A stretch of DNA of 64,000 nucleotides from Candidatus Obscuribacteraceae bacterium (GTDB lineage: Bacteria > Cyanobacteriota > Vampirovibrionia > Obscuribacterales > Obscuribacteraceae): NCBI GenBank assembly GCA_044229845.1, contig JBGASG010000001.1, positions 192,001 to 256,000 of the forward strand, written 5' to 3'. Made by a program: the position numbers and the translations under genes. The notes under the pieces are model-generated. The model did not search any database, was not told the DNA's origin, and worked only from the letters and a program-made list of their open reading frames with translations. Position 1 is the first letter of the stretch. The number at the start of each line of letters is the position of its first letter. Below are positions 30,621 to 39,968 of the stretch, piece by piece.

Positions 30621-33071
30621 TTATTCCGCAACTGGTTTGGACGATTCAGTGGGCTGGTCCTGTTTGGCGCACGCCCGAATCGCGAGAGCAGCTAAGACGT
30701 AGAACGCAATGCCGCAGCAGTATGAGACAGTGATACCGCCAAACATGGCGACGATAATAGCCAGGACCGATGTCCACACCGAGGCAGCGCCGTTGATTCC
30801 CCAGAGCCACGGAGCCAGTCCGGGATTAATTCGCATTGCGGCTCGGATACCGACCGGGAAGGCACTGCCCAATGCTAGCCCTACTGGCAGAAGCAGTGCG
30901 GAAGCCGTGGCGATGCGCACTGCGATCGGCTGGGTATTGGTACTTTCAAGCATGCCGCCGGAGACGAGGGCATACAAAATCAGTATCACCACAATCGAAA
31001 GTGGAGCAAGTTGTGGATTCGTTTGACGGCGTACCATCCAGTACTCCGATATAAAACTGCCGAGTCCCGTGGAAATCAAAAGCGCGAACAATACTACGGA
31101 CAACCCGTACACGGGATGTCCGAGAAAGATGGTCAATCTTTCGATTTGCGAGATCTCTACGAACATAAACCCGGAGCCGATGGCAAAAAAGTAGGCAAAG
31201 AGTGGTGCTGCCCGGACCACCGACTGTTTGTCCGAAGTCTGCAAATATGGAATGCGGATGCAGTAGAACGTGATTACCAGCGTCGCCAGTCCAGCGATCA
31301 GCAGCATGAGACCAGCCATGATATTGGTGACGTTCATGGTTGGTGCCAGTGCCTGACGATCGAACAAGTGACGCAAGCTGATCGCCTGGAAGAAGAAAGG
31401 GCTGTCATCGGTCGGGGCCTTCAAGTTGAAGGGCACGCTGGGCGCCGCGACATTGGGATCCTCTCCAGTCGCTAAACGAGCTATGTTTTCGTCGCTGTGC
31501 TTGGGACCGGCGAATACCAGGTCGAACTGCATGTCCTGCGCGACTCTCTCGGCCGTCTTATAGTCGTCTTCCGTGAATGGATCTTTACTGATCAAGATGG
31601 TGCCGATGCCGTCGGGGATCATCAGCTTCATGTTATCGGGCGGCATGTTCCGGAATGCCATGATGTGTTGTTCCGGGTGCTGGACACCCTCTTGCTTGAG
31701 ACTTTCAGCCGCCAGGGCGGTGAGCCTGTAGAACTCAGACGGGATGCCGTGCGAGTACCAGCGTGAGACTGTCAGGATGCCGTTGGGCTTCAGGTGATTG
31801 AGGAGAATCTTGAAGCACTCGGTGGTGTACAGACCGTTCTCCGAGAGAGAGTAGGCACCACTTGAAGTTGCTGCCCATGTATCTATCATCGAGATTTGAA
31901 TGATGTCGAATTTTTGATCAGTGCGGGTGATGAAGCTGCGAGCTTCGTCATTGACGAGGCTAATCTTGGGATTCTGACGAAGATGCCCGCTGTAGTCGCC
32001 ATATCGATCGTGGACAGCCTTGAAGATGTTCTCGTTGATATCGATAGCAGTGACGTGATTTTGATCGAAAACCAGGGCGGATAGAACATCCTTCCCGCCG
32101 CCGGCACCAATTACCGCTACATCGGCGTGTTTGCGAAAGTGGTGCGCCAGATTGGATATCTCGTACCTGAGATGGTCGACGGCTTTAACGTCGCCGTCGA
32201 ATTTGAGAATCGGTGTGGCGGCGCCACCATCGATATCCAAATAGGCGAAGCGAGCTTTGGCGGTTGCAGCTACCGTCGGACTCAAGCCGTAGGCATCGGC
32301 TGGCTGCATCTGATCTGGATTGCCGAACACGCGCACGCGCGAGAACGAGTTCCACAACTGGTAGAGGTTTTCCGCTTCCGGCAGCCCCTTTGTCCAGTGG
32401 ACGGCGACAAGCGGGTGTTGCTGTTGATAAGAAACAGCTTGCGCTCCCGATAAAAGTCCGAACAGTGCCACTGCGATTGTGCTGGAGGCGATCAGCTTTT
32501 TGCTGTCTCCATTGAATGCAAAGCAAAGAGCTGACAGCGAAGCCAGAGCTGAAATCGCAAAAACATCAGTGATACCGTCCACAAATCTCAGGGAAAAAAC
32601 GACCGCAAGACAGCCCAGCCCCGCTCCCAAAAGATCAACAGCATACAGCGAATTGACTTGCCTGGGAAATCTGGTCAGAGCCAGCGAAATTGCCACGCCG
32701 CTGGCCGTCAGGGCTGCAATTGTGAAAGGCAAGGTTGCCATCAAGGAGGCCACGATGATGATCGCGGCATTGCTACTGCCCAGCAGGTAGGGGCTATACA
32801 AGTGCACCAAAACTGCGATGGTGGAGAGAGCCGCAAATGCCAGTGAGCTGATTGCCAGGTGCTCGTTGGTCTTCTCCGGCTTGAAGTAATTCGGCTTCAG
32901 ATAGACAGCGATGCCGCCTGCTGCCAGCCCGAACAATGTTACCGATATCGACAGAAAGGCGAAGTGATACCAGGTTGTGACACTGAAGATGCGCGTCAGT
33001 AACACCTCGTACATGAGTGTGGACATGGCTACGAGAAATAAGCCGACGTATGTGAATACGCTCGCTGACAT
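30621..33071 (-). CDS. Multi-TM membrane protein fused to a spermidine synthase-like SAM-binding domain
   Basis: N- and C-terminal TM bundles (YAVDLLGAGLG, WGINGAASV); central VIGAGGGKD, IDINE, DEARSF, FDIIQ. Confidence 0.82.
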   Translation of the reverse strand: MSASVFTYVGLFLVAMSTLMYEVLLTRIFSVTTWYHFAFLSISVTLFGLAAGGIAVYLKPNYFKPEKTNEHLAISSLAFAALSTIAVLVHLYSPYLLGSSNAAIIIVASLMATLPFTIAALTASGVAISLALTRFPRQVNSLYAVDLLGAGLGCLAVVFSLRFVDGITDVFAISALASLSALCFAFNGDSKKLIASSTIAVALFGLLSGAQAVSYQQQHPLVAVHWTKGLPEAENLYQLWNSFSRVRVFGNPDQMQPADAYGLSPTVAATAKARFAYLDIDGGAATPILKFDGDVKAVDHLRYEISNLAHHFRKHADVAVIGAGGGKDVLSALVFDQNHVTAIDINENIFKAVHDRYGDYSGHLRQNPKISLVNDEARSFITRTDQKFDIIQISMIDTWAATSSGAYSLSENGLYTTECFKILLNHLKPNGILTVSRWYSHGIPSEFYRLTALAAESLKQEGVQHPEQHIMAFRNMPPDNMKLMIPDGIGTILISKDPFTEDDYKTAERVAQDMQFDLVFAGPKHSDENIARLATGEDPNVAAPSVPFNLKAPTDDSPFFFQAISLRHLFDRQALAPTMNVTNIMAGLMLLIAGLATLVITFYCIRIPYLQTSDKQSVVRAAPLFAYFFAIGSGFMFVEISQIERLTIFLGHPVYGLSVVLFALLISTGLGSFISEYWMVRRQTNPQLAPLSIVVILILYALVSGGMLESTNTQPIAVRIATASALLLPVGLALGSAFPVGIRAAMRINPGLAPWLWGINGAASVWTSVLAIIVAMFGGITVSYCCGIAFYVLAALAIRACAKQDQPTESSKPVAE

Positions 33072-33166
33072 CAATCCTCCCCCGACTTTGCATGTGCATT
33101 ATAGCCAGCATCAAGCCAGCAGGACGACTTTCGCGGCCTGCGCAATCCGGGGATTACCGCCGTCTG

Positions 33167-33823
33167 CTACTGTTGCGACGCGTTGTCGGCGGCTGCCTTT
33201 TGCTTGCCGACTTTGGGAACAACCTGGAAGTCTAATTTCTTGTCGCTATCATGCACGACCTTGCCGGATACATTCGAAGAATCTTTGCGCATCATGCGCG
33301 TGATGTATTTATTGTCGGTTTCCCACATTTTGGGAGCATGACCGGTGAGTTTTATAAGTTGCTTCTTGGCGATTATTCCGCGGTCGTCGTCGGCAAAGCG
33401 ATCAGTCATGAAGCCCATACCGTGGAAGGTCAGTCCCTTTTCTTCACCAACTTCGCCGCGGTAGACAATCAACCATTCCTTGAGGCATCTTTCGTATACG
33501 TAAGGATCGCGTTCATCTTGTCCTTCCAGCTTATCTTGCAAAGCTTCGGCCAGGAGGCGGTGGGAGTCCATATCGTCGTCATTGATCTCGAGAGCGCGCG
33601 TCAGCAACTTTATCGCTCGGTCATAATCGCCTCGACGAATCGCTTGCTGAGCCACCAGCGTTATCTGCCGGTTGAATTTGCTGCGCGTAAAAACTTCATC
33701 TGACTCGATATAGCCCTTGGAAGTCTGCTGCTTGAGGGTAGGTTTGGGATCCTCTGACGCCAGAGCGGGGGCTGCGGACAGGCACAAAACCGCCAGGACG
33801 ACCGATATGGGGAGTCTAGTCAT
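33167..33823 (-). CDS. Secreted TPR-like hypothetical protein, paralog of 24210..24821
   Basis: Sec signal ending ALA, TPR-like GDYDRAIKLLTRALEIN; directly downstream of rpaB. Confidence 0.75.
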   Translation of the reverse strand: MTRLPISVVLAVLCLSAAPALASEDPKPTLKQQTSKGYIESDEVFTRSKFNRQITLVAQQAIRRGDYDRAIKLLTRALEINDDDMDSHRLLAEALQDKLEGQDERDPYVYERCLKEWLIVYRGEVGEEKGLTFHGMGFMTDRFADDDRGIIAKKQLIKLTGHAPKMWETDNKYITRMMRKDSSNVSGKVVHDSDKKLDFQVVPKVGKQKAAADNASQQ

Positions 33824-33873
33824 AGCCGTCGTACCTCGCGAGTGTGTAAGGATTGCGGGCAAGCAATCTTTGT

Positions 33874-34599
33874 TTAGTTGATTTTTTGGAACATGTAACC
33901 GATACCGCGGGCGGTGAGGATTAGATCCGGGTTGGAGCTGTCGTCCTCGAGTTTGCTGCGCAAGCGGCTGATATGCACATCGACGACGCGGGTATCGATG
34001 CGGTGATCGGGTGGATATGCCCAAACTTGCTGCAGAATTTCGCTGCGCGAATAAGGGCGTCCCGAATTGGTAACGAGTAGTTCCAGCAAGGAGAATTCCA
34101 TGCCTGTCAGACGAATACGTTCGTTCTTCTTCATCACCTGGCGTTTGTTGAGATCGATTTTCAAGTTGCCAATGGTAATGACGTTAGAGGTCTTGCTTTG
34201 CGACGTGTCTTGCGTGCGCTCCACGGTTCTTCTCAGCACCGCTTTGATACGCGCTTCCAGTTCGCTGGGGCTGAACGGTTTGACGACGTAGTCGTCGGCA
34301 CCAATTTCAAGACCTTGAATTCTGTTGGAGACGTCCGCTACTGCGGTGAGCATAATGATCGGCGTATCCGAAGTTTTGCGGATTTCGCGGCAAACTTCAT
34401 AGCCGTCCATTTTTGGCAGCATGACGTCGAGAATGACCAGGTCCGGTTGGAAGGCATTGAATTGATCGAGTGCTTCCTGACCGTCCGCGGCAGTGGCTAC
34501 GTTATAGCCCGCCATCTTCAGTCGCGTTTCCAAGATTCGTCGAATCGACGCCTCGTCATCGACGACCAACACTTTTTCTTGAGCGGTTTGGCTCTCCAT
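33874..34599 (-). CDS. rpaB: OmpR-family response regulator, RpaB/Ycf27 orthologue
   Basis: VVDDEASIRRILETRL, ERIRLTGMEFSLLELLV, DTRVVDVHISRLRSKLE, LILTARG match cyanobacterial RpaB signature strings as I recall them. Confidence 0.88.
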   Translation of the reverse strand: MESQTAQEKVLVVDDEASIRRILETRLKMAGYNVATAADGQEALDQFNAFQPDLVILDVMLPKMDGYEVCREIRKTSDTPIIMLTAVADVSNRIQGLEIGADDYVVKPFSPSELEARIKAVLRRTVERTQDTSQSKTSNVITIGNLKIDLNKRQVMKKNERIRLTGMEFSLLELLVTNSGRPYSRSEILQQVWAYPPDHRIDTRVVDVHISRLRSKLEDDSSNPDLILTARGIGYMFQKIN

Positions 34600-35420
34600 G
34601 TACTAAAACTTCTCCCCATTTCCGAAATCGCCGCAGTCATTTTAAAGCTAATGTCTGCCCAGCGTAACTTCCGAAGGAAACAAAGTCACGCGATCCTCTT
34701 ATATGTATCACAATCCGACCAAACTCTCCTGACATGATATTTAGGACTATAAATGCCCACTGTTGCAGCATTTTGGCAATTGTGAAGAGCATCTTTTCAG
34801 TCCCGAAAGTCAAGTGTCGACGTTTCCGGCGAAACATCCGCAATCGATCACTGGAGTTGTATTTCGGACGCTTTGCCACCACCTGCGCCACCAGGTTGAA
34901 ATGAGGCGGCACCGCGTTTGGTATCACCGGCAGCGGCAATATTGTTGTCATTACCTTGACTGACCGATAACCACCTTGATTACGCTAAACCAGTGCTAGA
35001 CCGAAAAATTTAGGTTTGCCACTTGAAGTTTTGCTGTTAGAATCCGGTCACGGTGTGCGATTGCAGCAGTCAAGTCGCTTGACAATGAATCCAGTCTTAA
35101 TTAAAGCAGCCACCAAATACGGTTGTCATAGCTGTGACGCCGTGTAGAATGACCGGGTATTTCGCGAACGGAAGCGCCGACTGGCACGCGTTTACAAGCA
35201 AAATAAACATCCGTCGTATCAGTCGCGAATATTCAATTAAATAGAAGGGAGCAACACATCAAACCACGATATATATCGACCGTTTGTTTTCCGTTCGTGT
35301 CGAAAGAAAGGTTTGTGTTTGAAAAAAATTGTGCCATCACCTGAGTCGTGTTAAGCTCATGGCTGACTGAATGGTATCGGTTTGCGGTTACGGACTTACA
35401 GAGGTAAGAAAGAGGAAGAT

Positions 35421-37748
35421 ATGAAGAAGCCCCAGTTGTGCTTAGCCTTAAGCATTTCCATTGCACTGGTGCAAGCGAACTTACTACAGGCCAATGCTGA
35501 GACGTCTTCGCAAGCGATCTGGCAGAAACTTGCCGGTGTTAAAGCGAACACGCAAAAGCCCGTGGCTAAGAAAGCTGCACCATCCGTGGTTCATCGCGCT
35601 CCAGCTGTCACCGCTAGTGGTGTCGCAGTCAGTGGCGCCAACAACGGACAAGTAGCCTTGTTCCTTGGCAAAGATAAGGATGCAACAAAAGCACCGGCTG
35701 CCGCGCTCACCATTCACTCCTCCCTGCCGGTGACCGAACCGAGTGAAGCGGTTGCTTCGACTTCGGAAGAACCCAAACTGATTGCCATGAGCGAAGCAGT
35801 TGCCAGCGATGCTTCTTCGGAAGCCGCCGCGCCTTCGATTCCAATTCCGTCGCTGACTTCGATTTCTTCGAAGAGCACCTCTAAGTATTCCTCTAAGACT
35901 CTTCTCGCCCAGCTCGCTCCCGATCAATTGATCGCGCAAGCCGACGCCAACGCCACCCCGATTCCTCCAGTGGTTTCCGGCACGGTCGACCTCGAAGAGT
36001 TCAAACCGAGCAACACGATCGATCTGAAAGTTTCGCAGTCGCGTACATTCAAACTGCGCAACAAGATCATCCGCACCTCCATCAGCGATCCGTCCATCGC
36101 TGAGCCGGTAGTGGTTGCGGAAAACCAAATGGTCTTGCTGGGTAAAGCCCCGGGCGGCGCCACCCTGGTTATCTGGGATGATGCCGGCAACTCGGTCGCC
36201 ATCGACGTCCGCGTATCGCGTGACTTCGGTGCCCTGCAATCGATCATCCGCGAAATCGATCCTCGTATTATCGTCCGCACGTTCTCCGTCGGCGGCAGCG
36301 ATCGCATCATTATGATGGGCGACGTTGACCACCCCGAATCGATCATCCGCGCCTTCGCAGCAGCGAACGCCTTCATGGATGACCGCGGCATGAACATCAT
36401 CGTTGCCGGCAGCCGCATCATGGACAAGAGAATCGGCGAAACTGGCGGTACCTCGCAAGGCGGTCAGCAGACCGGTACGTTGTCCACCATCGGTCAAACC
36501 GACCGTTACACGTTCTTCGGCAACCAGAACAACAACCTCTCGAGAGCGCAGAGCGTCGTCAGCGACGGCGGTCGCGTCACCTCGCTGGTTCGTGTTCGCA
36601 AAGCTCCTTTGATCGTGCTGCACTGCACCTTCATGGAAATGAACTCCGCTGCCGTGCGTGAATTGGGCGTCCAACTCGGCGTCGCCTTCACCAGCGACAC
36701 GTTCACCTTCGGCATCGGCGGTAACAACGCCAATGGTGGCACCACCAACATCGGTCCAGTGCTGCCGGTCTCCTTCGGCGCAGTCCAGACCCAGGGAATT
36801 CCTGGTGGCGGTACCGCTCCTGTGACCCTGGCTGGATACAACATTATTCAGACCGGAGCTGCTCAGCTCGGAACGACTGGTATCGGTCAAGGCTTGCTGA
36901 ACGGCGCTCCGCCGCTACTGAACGGCACCACGCTGTTTGGTATCCCGGGCGGTGCCACATTCAACTCGGCTGGCGGTCTCGCCAACCTGTTCACCGCGGT
37001 TTCCAACTTCGCTAGCGGCAATAACTCACGCTGGTCGATCTCACCGACACTGCAAGGTGTGATTACTCACTCCCGCGCACGTGTCTTGTCGGAACCAACT
37101 CTGGTTACGATCTCTGGTGAGAGAGCAGCATTCCTGGCCGGTGGCGAAATTCCAATTTTGCAATCTATCGCCACCGCCGGTACAGCAGCTCAGTCAGTTG
37201 TGTTCGAGCCATTCGGTATGCGACTCAACATGATCCCGGTTCTGTTGGAAAACGGCACCATCAACCTGCAGATCTCGCCTGAAGAGCGTTTGCTCGACAG
37301 ATCGAACGCCCTCAACCTGTTCGGTGGTGGAACGTCAGCCATTCCGGCGTTCGTCACCCGCAGAACGCAAACAACCGTCGAACTGAAGCCTGGTCAAGAG
37401 CTCTTCATCTCTGGCTTGGTCACCAGCAACCACGGTCGTGAATTGACCAAGACTCCGATTATCGGTGAAGTACCTGTACTCGGCGCTCTCTATCGTTCGA
37501 AAGCATTCGCCAAGAACGAATCGGAACTCGTAGTTGCCGTCCGTCCGGAAGTCATCCTTCCTGGAACGCCTGGACAACTCAAATTGCCGGAAGAAATCAG
37601 CAAGGTGGAAGGTCCTCGCGACACCAACATCCTGCAAGTCGAACCGACAATCCTCGACGAGCGTTACATGAGAACTGGTCGTTCGGAACGCACCCTGGCA
37701 CTGCCCGGCACGTTGCCTCCGGATGCTCCGATTCCCGACAACAAGTAA
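35421..37748 (+). CDS. cpaC: Flp/Tad-type secretin (CpaC/RcpA-like), copy 2, with long A/S/P-rich N-terminal extension
   Basis: Same motifs as copy 1; SD AGAGG upstream of ATG 35421. Confidence 0.9.
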   Translation: MKKPQLCLALSISIALVQANLLQANAETSSQAIWQKLAGVKANTQKPVAKKAAPSVVHRAPAVTASGVAVSGANNGQVALFLGKDKDATKAPAAALTIHSSLPVTEPSEAVASTSEEPKLIAMSEAVASDASSEAAAPSIPIPSLTSISSKSTSKYSSKTLLAQLAPDQLIAQADANATPIPPVVSGTVDLEEFKPSNTIDLKVSQSRTFKLRNKIIRTSISDPSIAEPVVVAENQMVLLGKAPGGATLVIWDDAGNSVAIDVRVSRDFGALQSIIREIDPRIIVRTFSVGGSDRIIMMGDVDHPESIIRAFAAANAFMDDRGMNIIVAGSRIMDKRIGETGGTSQGGQQTGTLSTIGQTDRYTFFGNQNNNLSRAQSVVSDGGRVTSLVRVRKAPLIVLHCTFMEMNSAAVRELGVQLGVAFTSDTFTFGIGGNNANGGTTNIGPVLPVSFGAVQTQGIPGGGTAPVTLAGYNIIQTGAAQLGTTGIGQGLLNGAPPLLNGTTLFGIPGGATFNSAGGLANLFTAVSNFASGNNSRWSISPTLQGVITHSRARVLSEPTLVTISGERAAFLAGGEIPILQSIATAGTAAQSVVFEPFGMRLNMIPVLLENGTINLQISPEERLLDRSNALNLFGGGTSAIPAFVTRRTQTTVELKPGQELFISGLVTSNHGRELTKTPIIGEVPVLGALYRSKAFAKNESELVVAVRPEVILPGTPGQLKLPEEISKVEGPRDTNILQVEPTILDERYMRTGRSERTLALPGTLPPDAPIPDNK

Positions 37749-37776
37749 TCGCAGTCAATCGAATCAAGGTACAAAG

Positions 37777-37806
37777 GAGGGGAGCGCAGGCTCCCCTCTC
37801 TTCTTG
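37777..37806 (+). terminator. Intrinsic terminator after secretin copy 2
   Basis: GAGGGGAGC-gcag-GCTCCCCTC followed by TCTTCTT. Confidence 0.75.
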
Positions 37807-37951
37807 CTGAAAGTATTGGTCGAAACGAGACTATGCCTTCCAAAAGCGGCGGTGCTGATCCATCCTTTGTGGAGATCAACACTTCTGTTTAAACGCCCAA
37901 AGGAGAGATCGCTGTCCCCCGACCGTCAGGCGATTAGCAGCTAGTTTCGAG

Positions 37952-38356
37952 CTAGCGTTTCTTTGAGGATGACTTCTTAGCCGGCTGAGATTTGACGCCG
38001 CTCAAAGCGCGCTGAGACTCTTCCGGAAACTCTTTCATGAAGACGATGAAGACTCGTGCCACAGCGTTGCTGATGAACTCTTCACGCGTCTCTGCCGGTG
38101 TGTAGCAATTGGCCAGACCAGCTTTATCTACGATGCGCAGGAGCCCCTTTTCTGCCAGGCGGACCATCGTGGTCATCACCGTCGTGTAAGCAATCGGGCG
38201 CTGCTGTCGCAGACTCTCGTAGATGTCGCGCACCGTCACGGTGGGATTGGACTTCTTCCAAACCAACTCCATAATTTCGCATTCGAGGTCGCCGAGAAAC
38301 TTTCTCAGCCCTGTTTGATTGAAGCGGAACGACGCGTTCTCGTCGTTGAGTCTCAT
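37952..38356 (-). CDS. BlaI/MecI/CopY family transcriptional repressor
   Basis: LGDLECEIMELVW, TVRDI, AYTTVMTTMVRLAEKGLL. Confidence 0.9.
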   Translation of the reverse strand: MRLNDENASFRFNQTGLRKFLGDLECEIMELVWKKSNPTVTVRDIYESLRQQRPIAYTTVMTTMVRLAEKGLLRIVDKAGLANCYTPAETREEFISNAVARVFIVFMKEFPEESQRALSGVKSQPAKKSSSKKR

Positions 38357-38606
38357 AGATTGCCGTTGATTCGGGTAAGAGTGCCAAAAAATCGTATCAC
38401 GAACGCGGCGTTTCGTGGGATCTCGTTCGCAGAGGATTGTTTGAAAAAGCCAGCGCGGGAGCGGCTTTCGTCAAACAGCCTAATTTCGACTGTAGCAACT
38501 AGTAATATTAGGTATTGCAAACGAGCTGCGCGTTTTAGTGTACGCTGTTGAAAGCCGGTCGTCGTGCTGCCCCTTCTCATGCCCATTTCACGAGGATTTC
38601 ATCAAC

Positions 38607-39209
38607 TTGACAGTTCCGAAGAGCGCATCGCGTCCAGTCGTGTTCCTAGATCGCGACGGCACGCTTAACGAAGAGGTCGGCTACATACGCAACCTGGACG
38701 ATCTGCACTTGATCGCCGGTGCTGCCGATGCCGTGTTGAAGTTGAACAAGTCCCAAGTGGCTGCCGTTTTAATAACCAACCAGACAGGTGCTGCCCGTGG
38801 TTACTACTCCGAAGACCACATTCGCAACTTGAATTCTCGACTGGTTGATTTGCTCTCAGCAAGCGGAGCGCATCTCGATGCTCTCTACTACTGCCCGCAT
38901 CTGCCCGAGGCAACGGTCGCGCAATATGCTCTCGCTTGCGGCTGCCGAAAGCCGGAGGCGGGGCTTGTAGAACAGGCCTTTGGCGATCATCCTTCTCTCG
39001 ATCGTGCGCGCGCGTATGTCGTCGGAGACAAAGCGACAGATGTGGAATTGGCGCAGAACTGCGGTGCCAAGGGCGTACTTGTGACAACAGGGTACGGAGC
39101 CCGAGTGCAATCAGGTGAGTATCAATGGCCCGTCAAGCCGGATTTCGAGTGCGCCAGTATTGTTGAAGCAGTGACTTGGATCCTTGCTGATCTCAAGATA
39201 CTTGTTTAG
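38607..39209 (+). CDS. gmhB: HAD-IIIA hydrolase, D,D-heptose 1,7-bisphosphate phosphatase-like
   Basis: FLDRDGTL, TNQTG, CPH...CGCRKP, VGDKATD. Confidence 0.85.
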   Translation: MTVPKSASRPVVFLDRDGTLNEEVGYIRNLDDLHLIAGAADAVLKLNKSQVAAVLITNQTGAARGYYSEDHIRNLNSRLVDLLSASGAHLDALYYCPHLPEATVAQYALACGCRKPEAGLVEQAFGDHPSLDRARAYVVGDKATDVELAQNCGAKGVLVTTGYGARVQSGEYQWPVKPDFECASIVEAVTWILADLKILV

Positions 39210-39964
39210 ATGTGAGCAACGCAGATTAGCGACGTGCCGAACGGCAGGTCATGATTCGGCAACACCGATGTTTCCCAACTGAATGACTTTTCCAGAACCG
39301 CATTCAAAGGTTTTGGCGGCAGGCAGAAATCCCACGGCGACACTTCTTTGCCGGCTGCCAGCCAGCGATCGATGCGGTCTTTGATGTTGCGTGATATCCA
39401 GACAGGACCGAACATGAGCGTATTGCAGTAAGAGATCTTTTCGACTTTGAAGTCGGCTGCTTGCAAGGCTTTGGTCAGGGTGTCTTTCGTATAGCGGCGG
39501 TAGTGGTGGCTCAATTCATCGTTGATTCCCCACAAGGAGGAAAACGCCGGAATCATGAGCAATAGGGTGCCACCCTCATGGAGCCAGGATCGCCATTGTC
39601 TAAGAGCCTGCACGTCGTCTTCGCAATGCTCGAGGACGTCGAAGGCAGTCACCATGTCAAACTGATGTGGTGGCAGAGCGAGCGACTCCCAGCCGGCGTG
39701 GACGAATTGCACACCGGGATATTCCTTGAATCTGCCGCTGGCATACTGGAAAGTGGCTTGGTCCGGTTCTGTGGCCGTCAGCTCGCCGTATTTGCTGAGC
39801 AGAGGCACCATGCCACCGCTGCCGGTGCCGATGTCGAGAATCTTGAGATTCTTTTTCGGGTTGATGATCGAAGTAATAATGCAATCGACAATTTTTCGGC
39901 GCGCGACAAACCACCAGTGATTCTGGTCGATCTCCCAAAAACGTTCGTATTGGCTGAGGTCCAT
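39206..39964 (-). CDS. Class I SAM-dependent methyltransferase (glycosylation-cluster type)
   Basis: HWWFVARR, ILDIGTGSG, FDVLEH, HHYRRY. Confidence 0.88.
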   Translation of the reverse strand: MDLSQYERFWEIDQNHWWFVARRKIVDCIITSIINPKKNLKILDIGTGSGGMVPLLSKYGELTATEPDQATFQYASGRFKEYPGVQFVHAGWESLALPPHQFDMVTAFDVLEHCEDDVQALRQWRSWLHEGGTLLLMIPAFSSLWGINDELSHHYRRYTKDTLTKALQAADFKVEKISYCNTLMFGPVWISRNIKDRIDRWLAAGKEVSPWDFCLPPKPLNAVLEKSFSWETSVLPNHDLPFGTSLICVAHI

Positions 39965-39968
39965 TGGA

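Noticed and set aside
34637..34951. 104-aa ORF upstream of rpaB (also 17451..17699)
   Set aside because: No recognisable domain, atypical composition, and located in an AT-rich regulatory region; not supportable as genes
35182..35196. Sigma-54 promoter TGGCAC-gcgt-TTACA upstream of secretin 2
   Set aside because: The near-invariant -12 GC is missing (TTACA instead of TTGCA)
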